A stretch of 64,000 bases of DNA from an uncultured Clostridia bacterium (GCA_944381075.1 CALWJT010000029.1:4767-68766), one strand, 5' to 3'; positions 29,478-38,577 are shown, counted from the first letter of the stretch. The notes: a model not told the origin generated them from the sequence alone. Translations and numbers: made by a program.

Positions 29478-30914
29478 TCAATTCATTTTTGACAGCATTT
29501 CAGAGCCGTCTCGGTTTTTACAGATTTTTTCCATCGGAATCCCTGTCTCCCGGGACAAAATTTCCATGGCCTTCGGCGTACAAAAGCCGGCTTGGCATCG
29601 TCCCATACCCTGATGCACACGCCGTTTGATCCCGTCGAGCGAACGCGCGCCGAGCGTACGGCGGATGGCGTCCACAATTTCCCCCTCGCTTATCTGCATG
29701 CAGCGGCAAACAATCACGCCGTAAAGCGGATTCTCACGGATAAGCAGAGCCCGTTCCTCCGGCGATTTTTCCGCAAGCTTCACAAAACCGCGGCGCTGAG
29801 GATGAAAAGCGGCGTTCCTTTTTGCTCCTGCCCTTTTTGCAATTTGCTCCGCAAGATAAGCCCCGATGGCGGGAGCGGACGACAGTCCCGGCGACTCGAT
29901 GCCGGCAGCATCGAAAAAGCCAGGCGCGTCCGGCGCCTCTCCGATGACAAAATCATCCCCGTCTTCATGAGCACGCACGCCGGAAAACGATGTGATCGTC
30001 AATCTATATGGAATATTTTTTACGCTGACCGCTGATTTTTCCAGTACCTGCGCCAGCTCCTTTGCGGTAGTGGCCGTATCCTCCTTATCGGCAACATCCG
30101 TTGCGGTAGGACCGAGCAGCAGGTTTCCATGTACCGTAGGCGTCACGAGAACTCCCTTGCCGTATTTTCCGGGAAGCTGGAAGATCGTCGAGGCAACATG
30201 CCCGCCCGCCTCCTTGTCAAGAAGGATATAATCTCCCTTGCGCGGCGTAATGTGGAGTTTCCTTGCACTTACCATGTTGTGAAGCACGTCGGCATATACG
30301 CCGGCGGCATTGACAACATAGCGGGTCTGAAAGTCTCCGCTGTCCGTTACGACAAGATATCCGTTCTCTGTTTTTCTGATTTCCCTTGCCTGTGTATGAA
30401 ACCGGAATTCCACGCCGTTGTCCGCCGCATTCTCTGCTAGCGCGATGGTGAGTCCAAACGGACACACAATCCCGCCGGTCGGGGCATACAGAGCCGCCAC
30501 CACGTCGTCCGTGAGGTTGGGCTCCTTTTTTCTCGCTTCTTTTCCGGTGAGAATGCGAAGATCAGGCACTCCATTTTGGAGTCCTCTCCGGTAAAGCTCG
30601 CCGAGCCTTGGCATGTCCTCGTCCGAAAAGCAAAGAACGAGCGAGCCGTTGCGGCGGAATTCAAAGGAAAGCTCCTGGGACAGCGCCTCCATTCCTGCAT
30701 TTCCCATGACATTGAATTTTGCCTTTTGCGTTCCCGGGAGAGCATCAAAGCCCGCATGGACAATCGCGCTGTTGGCCTTGGATGTTCCCGAGCAAACATC
30801 CTCTTCTTTTTCGATCACACATATGGAAAGCGCATAGCGGGAAAGCTCTCTTGCGGTCGCTGCCCCGACGACGCCTCCCCCGATGATGATAACATCATAT
30901 ATAGAATCTGCCAT
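29478..30914 (-). CDS. FAD-dependent glycerol-3-phosphate-dehydrogenase-like oxidoreductase with BFD-like [2Fe-2S] domain
   Basis: It has DVIIIGGGVVGAA and a DAO-type body. The C-terminus is BFD-like: VCRCMQISEGEI......GMGRCQAGFC. I chose ATG 30914 (GGGAG upstream); the track start at 30929 is a TTG. Confidence 0.85.
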   Translation of the reverse strand: MADSIYDVIIIGGGVVGAATARELSRYALSICVIEKEEDVCSGTSKANSAIVHAGFDALPGTQKAKFNVMGNAGMEALSQELSFEFRRNGSLVLCFSDEDMPRLGELYRRGLQNGVPDLRILTGKEARKKEPNLTDDVVAALYAPTGGIVCPFGLTIALAENAADNGVEFRFHTQAREIRKTENGYLVVTDSGDFQTRYVVNAAGVYADVLHNMVSARKLHITPRKGDYILLDKEAGGHVASTIFQLPGKYGKGVLVTPTVHGNLLLGPTATDVADKEDTATTAKELAQVLEKSAVSVKNIPYRLTITSFSGVRAHEDGDDFVIGEAPDAPGFFDAAGIESPGLSSAPAIGAYLAEQIAKRAGAKRNAAFHPQRRGFVKLAEKSPEERALLIRENPLYGVIVCRCMQISEGEIVDAIRRTLGARSLDGIKRRVHQGMGRCQAGFCTPKAMEILSRETGIPMEKICKNRDGSEMLSKMN

Positions 30915-30999
30915 TGTAATTACTCCCAATTTATCTTTATCATGGATTGAGATAATAGCTTATTATAACCGAATCCGGGAAAAAAGTCAACTGAAATCG

Positions 31000-31024
31000 A
31001 GCGGGAACATAAAAATCTCCCGCT
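31000..31024 (-). terminator. Hairpin directly after DUF1848 gene
   Basis: AGCGGGA (31000-31006) pairs with TCCCGCT (31018-31024) around an 11-nt loop, 2 nt after the stop. The T-tract on the relevant strand is weak and distant. Confidence 0.4.
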
Positions 31025-31026
31025 TT

Positions 31027-31896
31027 TTATTTGTTTTCGACATCGATCAAGAACTCTCCCTTCGGATCATGGGCCGAAAGCCTATGGAGGATTCTATCAT
31101 AACCATACCGGTTCGCATAGCAATAAGCGCATCCATTCAAGCAGGTATCATACGCGCCGATGTCGACGCTTTTGCAGCATCCGCAGCCGGACCGCTGACT
31201 GCGGTCCGGCCCCGCGGCGACCGGATGCCCGCAGATCCTGGAGACCCTTTCTTCGTCGATGCAGCGGGCAGGCGCTATTCCAAATTTTTCAAGCGCGCCG
31301 GATTCACAGCAGGCCGTGCAGGAAATGCCGCAGCGCTCCGCCGTTTCGCCTGCGAAGGCTGCAAACGCCTCCGCTTCGAAATCGGATGGCGGACGGTACG
31401 GCATGCTTTTCCGCCTGGCGTACGAATCCACAAAGCTGATCGTCACCGTATCCACATAAGAGGAGAACCTTCCGCACATGCGGCGGAACCACTCTTTATG
31501 ACGGGAAAGATCAAAATCGGCATAGAAAAGGATCGGATCATACCGCCATACGACCCGCTCCCGTCCGATCTTTTCCGACAGAGCAATCAGTGTTTTTTCG
31601 ATTTCCTCCTTGGGTCGAAGTCGCGGTTCGATCTCGAATCCGTAGGGCGTTACCGTAAACTGAAAATAATACCGGTAGCCTCTCGCGTCGAGTTCTGCAA
31701 GATACGGCATCAGATTTGCCGCATCCTTCGTCCAGAATACGATACAGTCGACAGCCTCCGGCGAAAGCTCGATTCGCTTTGCTTGGCGGGGATTCATGGG
31801 ATTTCGCACTTTCACATATCCTGCGCGGATGCGGTTCATGAACCATTCCGAAAAAAAGCAGGGAATATCCGTCCGACGGGACGCAGATAAGATCAT
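31027..31896 (-). CDS. DUF1848 domain protein (Cys-rich, probable Fe-S protein of unknown function)
   Basis: 289 aa. The N-terminus MILSASRRTDIPCFFSEWFMNRIRAGYV..RNP matches my recollection of DUF1848. The C-terminal third has several cysteine clusters (CTACC, CGCCKS, CLNGCAYCYA). It has a strong RBS (AAAGGAGG). Confidence 0.75.
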   Translation of the reverse strand: MILSASRRTDIPCFFSEWFMNRIRAGYVKVRNPMNPRQAKRIELSPEAVDCIVFWTKDAANLMPYLAELDARGYRYYFQFTVTPYGFEIEPRLRPKEEIEKTLIALSEKIGRERVVWRYDPILFYADFDLSRHKEWFRRMCGRFSSYVDTVTISFVDSYARRKSMPYRPPSDFEAEAFAAFAGETAERCGISCTACCESGALEKFGIAPARCIDEERVSRICGHPVAAGPDRSQRSGCGCCKSVDIGAYDTCLNGCAYCYANRYGYDRILHRLSAHDPKGEFLIDVENK

Positions 31897-31980
31897 AAAT
31901 CCTCCTTTTCAACAACGGACGATACAGCGATAGGATATCATAACCGTCCGTGTATTTCAACCGGTTTTGCGAAAACATCA

Positions 31981-32011
31981 AAAAAGAAAAGCCCGTCGGG
32001 CTTTTCTTTTT
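31981..32011. terminator. Bidirectional terminator after the ABC exporter operon
   Basis: GAAAAGCCC (31986-31994) pairs with GGGCTTTTC (31998-32006). It is flanked by A5 and T5 runs. Confidence 0.8.
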
Positions 32012-32028
32012 CTCGGATGGATGACTTT

Positions 32029-33876
32029 TTATGAAAACTGAGAATTGTAAAGCGTACTGTAAAAACCTCCAAGCCGAAGCAGCTCCTCATGCGTCCCGCG
32101 CTCCGTAATCTGTCCGTTTTGCAGGACCAGGATCAGGTCTGCGTTCTGTATTGTGGACAGCCGGTGCGCAATTACAAAGCTGGTCCTGCCGCGCATCAGC
32201 TCCGACATTGCCTGCTGAATCTTGATTTCCGTTCGGGAATCCACATTGGAGGTCGCCTCGTCCAGAATCAGCATCGTCGTCTCCGACAGCATCGCACGCG
32301 CAATGGTAATGAGCTGCTTCTGTCCTTTGGAAATATTGACGCCGTCGTCCGACAGCACGGTATCGTAGCCGTCCGGCAGATGCTCGATGTAGGTATCGAT
32401 CCTGGCTGCCCGTGCCGCAGCCCTCACTTCCTCAAGCGTCGCATTTTCCTTTCCGTACACGATATTTTCGTAAATCGTTCCATGGAAAAGCCAGGTATCC
32501 TGAAGCACCATCGTATACGCCTTGCGCAGAGAGGCGCGCTGGATCTCCCGAATCTTGCAGCCGTCCACAATAATATCGCCGGCATTCGCATCATAGAAGC
32601 GCATCAGCAGATTGATGATGGTCGTTTTTCCGGCGCCGGTCGGACCTACGATGGCAATCGTCTTACCCGGCTCCGCCAAAACGGAAATGTCACGCAGGAT
32701 CGTTTTTTCCGGGGTATAGCCAAAGGTGACATTTTGAAGCTCCACTCTCCCGGATACCTCGCCGAGTACGACGGCACCGGCCCCATCCTTCGGTTCCGGC
32801 TCTTCGTCGATGATGCGGAAAACGCGCTCCGCCGCCGAAAATGCAGATTGAAACTCCGTTAAAATATTAGCAAATTCGTTGATAGGACCCGCAAATTTTC
32901 TCGAATACTGAACAAACTGGGCCACGCCGCCGAGCGTGATGAAGAAAAGCGTGCCCGCGGCGACGGTTCCGTTTTGCGAGAACATATAAAGGATCCCGCC
33001 GAAAATCATGATAAGGGAAATGGAAAAATTGTTGATGAAGTTGACAGACGGTCCGAGGACCGCACCGCTGTATTCCGCGCTGTAATAGGCGTTCATCGCG
33101 TCGGCGTTTCGCCGGTCAAAGCGTCCGCCGATCTCATCCTCCCTGTTGTAGGCACGTATGGTAGCGCAGCCGGAAAGCATCTCCTCCGCATACCCATTCA
33201 GCTCTCCAAGCTTTTGAGAACGCTTATGAAAGAGCGGCCGCACCCTCTTGGAGCGATACCGGGTAAACACAATCGAGATCGGCACCGTGATGGCAAATAT
33301 CAAAATCAAAGGCTTGGAAATCTGCCACATGAAGATAAGAGAGCCGATGACGGTATAAATACTCGTCATAACCTGTACAAGGTCTTGCGAAAGCGAAGAA
33401 TTTACCGTGTCAATATCATAGGAGATCCGGCTGATGATATCCCCCGTCGCATGCGTATCAAAATATCCGACCGGAAGAGAGGTCAGCTTTTCAAAAAGCT
33501 GGCGGCGCATCGTATACACGATCCTTTGGCTGATTTGGATCATCAGTACCGCCAAAAGATAGGAAAGGACCGCCGAGGCGAGGTAGCAAATAAGCATTTT
33601 CACAACGTTGTCCCAAACAATATCGAACTGGACGCCTCCTTCCGCGGCAATGGCATCGAGCGCGTCTCCGGAATACTTCGGACCCATCAGGGAAAGCTGA
33701 TTGGAAGCAAGCGTCAGCACAATGGCAAGCAAAAACAACGGCCAGTATTTCAGCATATACTTTCCAAGGCGGAGCATGACGCTTTTGGTCCTTTTCCTGT
33801 CCAATTTTTTTGTGTTCCCCATTTTATTGGGATTGAATTCCGCGCGCGGATCTTTCGCGAAATTTCCTTTATTCAA
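32029..33876 (-). CDS. ABC exporter half-transporter (TMD-NBD fusion), second gene of pair
   Basis: It has six TM helices followed by an NBD ([40 protein letters not shown]). I propose the TTG at 33876, 8 nt after GGGAGG, as the start; the alternative is ATG 33822. The track start at 34062 runs through the upstream gene. Confidence 0.88.
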   Translation of the reverse strand: MNKGNFAKDPRAEFNPNKMGNTKKLDRKRTKSVMLRLGKYMLKYWPLFLLAIVLTLASNQLSLMGPKYSGDALDAIAAEGGVQFDIVWDNVVKMLICYLASAVLSYLLAVLMIQISQRIVYTMRRQLFEKLTSLPVGYFDTHATGDIISRISYDIDTVNSSLSQDLVQVMTSIYTVIGSLIFMWQISKPLILIFAITVPISIVFTRYRSKRVRPLFHKRSQKLGELNGYAEEMLSGCATIRAYNREDEIGGRFDRRNADAMNAYYSAEYSGAVLGPSVNFINNFSISLIMIFGGILYMFSQNGTVAAGTLFFITLGGVAQFVQYSRKFAGPINEFANILTEFQSAFSAAERVFRIIDEEPEPKDGAGAVVLGEVSGRVELQNVTFGYTPEKTILRDISVLAEPGKTIAIVGPTGAGKTTIINLLMRFYDANAGDIIVDGCKIREIQRASLRKAYTMVLQDTWLFHGTIYENIVYGKENATLEEVRAAARAARIDTYIEHLPDGYDTVLSDDGVNISKGQKQLITIARAMLSETTMLILDEATSNVDSRTEIKIQQAMSELMRGRTSFVIAHRLSTIQNADLILVLQNGQITERGTHEELLRLGGFYSTLYNSQFS

Positions 33877-35593
33877 CGAAAGCACCTCCCATCTGTGATT
33901 CGCTGATTTCCTTATATTCGGCGCAGGTATCAAGCAAGTATTCATGCTTTCCGATGCCGATGATCCTGCCCTCATCCAAAACAATGATGACATCGCAGTC
34001 TTTGACCGAGCTGATACGCTGCGCAACGGTGATGACCGTCGTATCCGCCATATCACAGGCAAGTGCGCGCCTTAGGTTGGCATCCGTTTTATAGTCGAGC
34101 GCTGAGGAACTGTCGTCCAAAATCAAAATCTCCGGTTTTGCGGCAAGCGCGCGCGCAATGAGGATCCTTTGCTTTTGCCCGCCCGATACGTTGGTGCCCT
34201 TTTACGAGAGCATATGCTCATAGCCTTCGGGGAAGGCAGAAATAAAATCATCCGCCTGCGCAGTCCTTGCCGCCGCGACGACCTGCTCGTGGGAAAGCGC
34301 GCGTCCGAATTTGATGTTTTCTTCTACGGTATCCGCATAGAGAAAATCGTTCTGCATCGCGGTCCCAAACATCGCGTACAGCTCCTTTTGAGGAATGGTC
34401 CGAATGTCTCTGCCGCCAATGCGTATGCTGCCTGAGTCAGGATCGTAAAATCGAAGCAGCAGTTTTACAATCGTCGATTTTCCGCTTCCTGTAGCGCCGA
34501 TGATGCCAAGGGAGCCGCCGCGCGGGACGGAAAAGCTGATCTGCTCCACATCGTCATGCGCTCCCTTATAAGAAAAGCCGACATGATCGAACACGATATG
34601 CGCCTGATCCGGGACAGGCGGATATTCGCTTTCGCTCTTTACGGTCAAGTCAACCGGCGTATCCAGCACCTGCTCGATCCGTTTCGCGGATGCTGAGCTT
34701 TTGGTATACATGACAAAGATTCGCGTGACCGACATCATCGCCGTAGAAATCAGCGTAAAATACTGCATAAAGGCGATAACCGTTTCCGGATCCGACGTGC
34801 CGCCGGCAACCCGGGAAGCGCTGAGCGCGACGACCGCGACGATGCCGAGATTCATAAGCAGCGTCATGATCGGATTGACGGAGCTCATCGTGATGCCGGC
34901 ATGCTTTTCATCATTTACAAGCGCCTGATTGACGGTATCGTAGCGGCGGTGTTCATATTCCGTTTTGGAAAGCGCCTTGATGACGCGGATCCCCTGCGTA
35001 TCCTCGCGGACGACGCGGATCATCCTGTCCACCGAGCGCTGGACCTTCGTATAGAGCGGAACGCCTTTTCTTGAAATAAAATAGACAGTTACAAAGATGA
35101 AAGGCAGAACCGCGATCATGGCAAGCGCAAGGTAGCTGTCCATAAACAAGGTGATAAGGATCCCACCGACCAGAAGGATCGGCGCTCTGACTCCCATGCG
35201 CTGCATCATGCTGACAAAGCTATGTACGTTGTAGGTGTCGGTCGTGATGCGGGACTCCAGCGACGGAATGGTAAAGGCGTCCGTCTGTGCCGCCGAAAGC
35301 CGCAGGGTACGGTCGAAAAGATCATGGCGCATCCGTTCCGAAAAATTGCGCGCTACAAGAGATGCCATCCGATTTGCACAGATATTGCAGACGCAAGCAA
35401 GCGCCGCGCATACGATCATGACGCCGCCCCAGAAAACAATGAGTCCGACCTCCTCTTTCTGTACGACGCTTTTGAGGATATAGCTGAGGATATATGGCAG
35501 AATCAGCTCGATCAGCGTACCGACGACCTTAATGGAGAGCCCTACTGCCATCCTTCTGTAAAACGGTTTCAAATATTTCAACATCAAGTTCAT
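33869..35593 (-). pseudogene. ABC exporter half-transporter interrupted by one in-frame TAA (34202-34204)
   Basis: The 463-aa ORF ends ...FPEGYEHMLS-TAA. The same frame then continues [36 protein letters not shown]...AQRIS... to the stop at 33869. Without the stop this is a normal 574-codon TMD-NBD protein. Walker A (GATGSGKST) lies upstream of the stop; the signature, Walker B and H-loop lie downstream. Confidence 0.85.
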
Positions 35594-36033
35594 TCTCTTG
35601 TCTCATCCCTGTTATCCGCATATTTTTTCGCCCGTGCCGCAATACGGTCCAGCACCGACCGGAACAAAGCGATCTCCCCGTCGCTGAGATCTGCCGTCAG
35701 GTACGCATTCCATTCCCCGACGATCTCCTTTACCTGCGGCAGGACCTTCTGCATTTTTTCCGTCGGATAGACAAGCGTGACGCGGCGGTCTGACTCGCTT
35801 TGCCTGCGCTCTACGTATCCATGCTCCTCAAGGTAGGCAAGATGTCTTGTGACATTGCTTTTGTTGATGCAGATGCTCCGCGCCAGCTCTTCCTGCGATA
35901 TCCCAGGCGTCCGGCATACTGCCAGAACATAGCTGTGATGACAGGCGCCAAGCTCTGCCCCCCGCAGCTTATCGGTACGGTACAGCCCCTCGCATCGGCT
36001 GATCACATTGATTTGACGCATAATGGTAGGCAT
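35590..36033 (-). CDS. MarR family transcriptional regulator
   Basis: 147 aa with a winged-helix region (ISQEELARSICINKSNVTRHLAYLEEHGYVERR....DRR). It has an ATGA overlap with the first ABC gene. Confidence 0.9.
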   Translation of the reverse strand: MPTIMRQINVISRCEGLYRTDKLRGAELGACHHSYVLAVCRTPGISQEELARSICINKSNVTRHLAYLEEHGYVERRQSESDRRVTLVYPTEKMQKVLPQVKEIVGEWNAYLTADLSDGEIALFRSVLDRIAARAKKYADNRDETRE

Positions 36034-36066
36034 TTGTGCGCTCCTTTCCTGTTATGGGACCCCCTA

Positions 36067-36103
36067 ATTGGTTGCGCAAGCAACCGTTGCATGCGCAACC
36101 AAT
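36067..36103. promoter_or_regulatory. Perfect 12-bp inverted repeat, candidate MarR operator
   Basis: ATTGGTTGCGCA (36067-36078) and TGCGCAACCAAT (36092-36103) are separated by 13 bp, and the spacer itself contains GCAACCGTTGC. The repeat lies 34-70 nt upstream of the marR ATG. Confidence 0.6.
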
Positions 36104-36173
36104 AGGATACTACGGAAAGAGGCTTTTGTCAAGATGGAATCGGATTTTTTCGAGAATATTCCGGACGGAAAGT

Positions 36174-36204
36174 CACAAGAGCCGGCATAAAACCGGCTCT
36201 TGTG
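36174..36204 (-). terminator. Strong hairpin after the permease gene
   Basis: A 12-bp stem pairs CACAAGAGCCGG with CCGGCTCTTGTG around a 7-nt loop, 23 nt after the stop. The U-tract is poor. Confidence 0.5.
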
Positions 36205-36227
36205 GCTTTCCGTTATATGATGAAATA

Positions 36228-37358
36228 TCAAGTAAAAACCGCCCGCATCAGCGCCCCTCCTGCAAGTAGCGCCGCGAGAAAACCAATATTATAAACCGTG
36301 AAAACAAGAAGATATTTCCCGCGCTTTGACGGATATTCCTTTCCCAACAATTTGAAGGAAATGAGGCTTGCCATAGAAGCGACGAGCGTTCCTAGGCCGC
36401 CCAGATTGCAGCCGACGACAAGGCCGTGCCAATCGGACGTGAAATTCGACAGCAACAGCGCAGCCGGCACATTGCTGGTGATTTGGCTTACCAGGATCGC
36501 CACCAGCTCCACATTTTTTTCCAATAGGGAGGCAATGAGCTCCTGGAATCCCTCTATGTTTCCGAGATTTCCGACGAAAATGAAAAAGGCAAAGAACGTT
36601 CCCAAAAGCGAATAGTCGACACTGGCAAGCAGCTTCCTGTCCGCAAACAACAAAAATATTAGAACAAATAACGCGATTATAGCATCGGGGACCAAATGGA
36701 AAATCCCAAGAAGGCAAAGGACAAATCCCGCCGCGCAAAAAGGAAGCGCCCTCGGATGTTCCCATTTTACCTCAACGGCCTCCGCCGAGATCGGAATGGA
36801 CCGCCGTAATAAGATCAACACGAAAAGCCCCGCCGCCGAAAGCAGGACATACGGCAGCATCCACTTACATAATCCCCAAAATCCTATACCGGCCCTGCCG
36901 TATAAATACAGATTCTGAGGATTGCCCATAGGGGTAAGCATGCTGCCAAGATTCGCGGCAATCGTTTGCAGCACGAGCAGAGGAACCGCCAGCCGCTCCT
37001 GTCCTGTCATGCGGAGCACCGCAAGACCAAACGGAACAAACGTAATCAAAGACACGTCATTGGTGATCACCATGCTGAATAGGAACGGCAAAAACACAAG
37101 AATGAGCAGCATCTGCCGCGCCATCGTCGTTTTCTTCAGCATGCGCCCGCCAAGATAAAGAAACAAGCCTGTCTTTTGAAAACCCTTTACTACCGCCATT
37201 AGGCTAAAAAGCAGAAATAAGGTGTCCCAATCGATATAGGAGATATATTCGCGGCTGGGCGGCACAAAAACAGCCGATATCAGCGCAAGGACAATCGAGA
37301 TGAAAAGAACGGTCTCCCTGCGGATAAAGCCGCCCAGCGTCCGCATAATTTTATACAT
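36228..37358 (-). CDS. ArsB/NhaD-superfamily anion permease (citrate-transporter-like)
   Basis: It has about 10-12 TM helices with motifs like TNDVSLITFVP and GNPQNL. I chose ATG 37358 (MYKIMRT, AGGGAAG upstream). The track start at 37439 adds an Arg-rich non-membrane extension. Confidence 0.78.
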   Translation of the reverse strand: MYKIMRTLGGFIRRETVLFISIVLALISAVFVPPSREYISYIDWDTLFLLFSLMAVVKGFQKTGLFLYLGGRMLKKTTMARQMLLILVFLPFLFSMVITNDVSLITFVPFGLAVLRMTGQERLAVPLLVLQTIAANLGSMLTPMGNPQNLYLYGRAGIGFWGLCKWMLPYVLLSAAGLFVLILLRRSIPISAEAVEVKWEHPRALPFCAAGFVLCLLGIFHLVPDAIIALFVLIFLLFADRKLLASVDYSLLGTFFAFFIFVGNLGNIEGFQELIASLLEKNVELVAILVSQITSNVPAALLLSNFTSDWHGLVVGCNLGGLGTLVASMASLISFKLLGKEYPSKRGKYLLVFTVYNIGFLAALLAGGALMRAVFT

Positions 37359-37505
37359 CACAGCTTCCCTTCTGCCGGATGGACGGCCCCGCTGTCTTTC
37401 AGATCCGGCAAGCATTTTCCGATGAAAATGTATAATCACGGCGGCAAAGCAGCCGATTTTGCAGGTCCTTTTGAAGCAGCACAGCCGTATTTCGTCGGCG
37501 AATTA

Positions 37506-38189
37506 TCAGAAAAGATTGATTTTACCAAAAAAGTCCTCATCGGGAAAATTTTTTTCACGCCATGTCGGGTCATATTTATCGTTATACCTTGATAGACTCC
37601 AGGCTCTTTGACTGACAGAGCCGCGGCTCATATGAAATCTTTTGGAAAACGTTAGGCTTGCATAGTATACGGCAAAAAAGGACAAGGCTTCCGCATACTG
37701 GTCATATTCGTCTAATATATACAGCTTATGGGTGTACTTATCATCGGAAACACACAAATATGTTTCCAGGACAGCGATCTGCTTTTCCTCTTGATAGATC
37801 GAAACATAACGAAAGGTCCCCTTCGCACAGCAATAGCAATGAAAGGTCTCGCCGCTGTTCAAGGATATGACATAAAAGCTCTTCATCCAGCCATGCCTCG
37901 AAAAAGCAATGCTGCCATATGAGCTTTCATTCCGATATAAGCGAAATCTCCGTGTCAGATTCTCTTTTCCAAAAAGATATCGAAAAGGGATATAATTTAC
38001 CCATTGGGAAGGACAGTAAACGCCCCGGATCGTGGTATGGGAATTGGCAAGGACCACGTTTTGCAGCCGGCTGAAACTGCCCGCCTTTCCCTGATAATTA
38101 AAATTTTTTCCCGCAATATCGTAGGATTGCCTGACATTCGAAGCCGTCTGCAATATTTTTATGATCATTTCCGTACATCTCTCCTTCAT
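37506..38189 (-). CDS. Hypothetical protein, AT-rich orphan (no recognisable domain)
   Basis: This is a 227-aa ORF (220 aa if it starts at ATG 38168, which follows AAGGAGAG by 12 nt). It has no TM helix or signal peptide and is rich in Tyr, Phe, Ser and Cys. It is clearly more AT-rich than its neighbours and shows no competing ORF. Confidence 0.6.
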   Translation of the reverse strand: MKERCTEMIIKILQTASNVRQSYDIAGKNFNYQGKAGSFSRLQNVVLANSHTTIRGVYCPSQWVNYIPFRYLFGKENLTRRFRLYRNESSYGSIAFSRHGWMKSFYVISLNSGETFHCYCCAKGTFRYVSIYQEEKQIAVLETYLCVSDDKYTHKLYILDEYDQYAEALSFFAVYYASLTFSKRFHMSRGSVSQRAWSLSRYNDKYDPTWREKNFPDEDFFGKINLF

Positions 38190-38284
38190 GGGATGCGCTG
38201 CAGCTCTTGCCCTTTCAAATCCTCCGCATACTTCGACAGAGGTCCTTTAAAGAGCAGCCATGTTTTTCAAAGTCCGCGGCATGG

Positions 38285-38316
38285 AAAAAGACGATTGCAT
38301 ATGCAATCGTCTTTTT
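38285..38316 (-). terminator. Rho-independent terminator after tRNA-Tyr
   Basis: Perfect palindrome AAAAAGACGATTGCAT|ATGCAATCGTCTTTTT with an 11-bp stem, starting 2 nt after the tRNA CCA end. Confidence 0.85.
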
Positions 38317-38317
38317 C

Positions 38318-38402
38318 TGGTGGGAGCGGGTGGATTCGGACCACCGAAGCTACTCGCAACAGATTTACAGTCTGCCCCCTTTGGCCACTCGGGAACGCTC
38401 CC
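38318..38402 (-). tRNA. tRNA-Tyr (anticodon GUA), CCA encoded
   Basis: Reverse complement: GGGAGCG-TT-CCCG..GGG-GCAGA-CTGTAAA-TCTGT, a long variable arm, GGTGG-TCCGAAT-CCACC-CGCTCCC-A-CCA. The cloverleaf is complete with a class II variable arm. Confidence 0.93.
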
Positions 38403-38434
38403 AGATATAACGCCGCAGCAAGAAGCGGCGTCTT

Positions 38435-38509
38435 TGGAGCTGGTGAACGGAGTCGAACCATCAACCTGCTGATTACAAATCAGCTGCTCTGCCATTGAGC
38501 CACACCAGC
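38435..38509 (-). tRNA. tRNA-Thr (anticodon UGU), CCA encoded
   Basis: Reverse complement: GCTGGTG-TG-GCTC-AATGGCA-GAGC-A-GCTGA-TTTGTAA-TCAGC-AGGTT-GATGG-TTCGACT-CCGTT-CACCAGC-T-CCA. The T-stem has two G-U pairs. Confidence 0.88.
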
Positions 38510-38548
38510 GTCTTTCCGTCGTGAGGACTCATTCCTGCGACGAGAAAG

Positions 38549-38577
38549 AGTATATCATAAATAAAAAACTTTGTCAA
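38549..38577 (-). promoter_or_regulatory. Consensus sigma-A promoter for the tRNA-Thr/tRNA-Tyr unit
   Basis: On the minus strand: TTGACA (38577-38572), exactly 17 nt, then TATACT (38554-38549), about 40 nt upstream of the tRNA-Thr 5' end. A 10-bp bulged leader hairpin lies between the promoter and the tRNA. Confidence 0.7.

Noticed and set aside
33877-34062. The ORF-track N-terminal extension of the second ABC gene (start at 34062), which overlaps the first ABC gene by about 190 nt.
   Set aside because: The extension lies out of frame over the conserved NBD C-terminus of the upstream gene and has no RBS. The TTG at 33876 follows GGGAGG at ideal spacing.
37359-38317. A genomic island or integrative element inserted at tRNA-Tyr.
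   Set aside because: There is no integrase or recombinase. I found no direct repeat of the tRNA 3' end by eye in 37359-37505. Only one small gene is present. I kept it as an AT-rich orphan finding, not as a mobile element.
38207-38498. Several 65-164 aa ORFs on both strands across 38004-38498.
   Set aside because: They overlap the two tRNA genes and the palindromic terminator. The tRNA cloverleaves explain the sequence.
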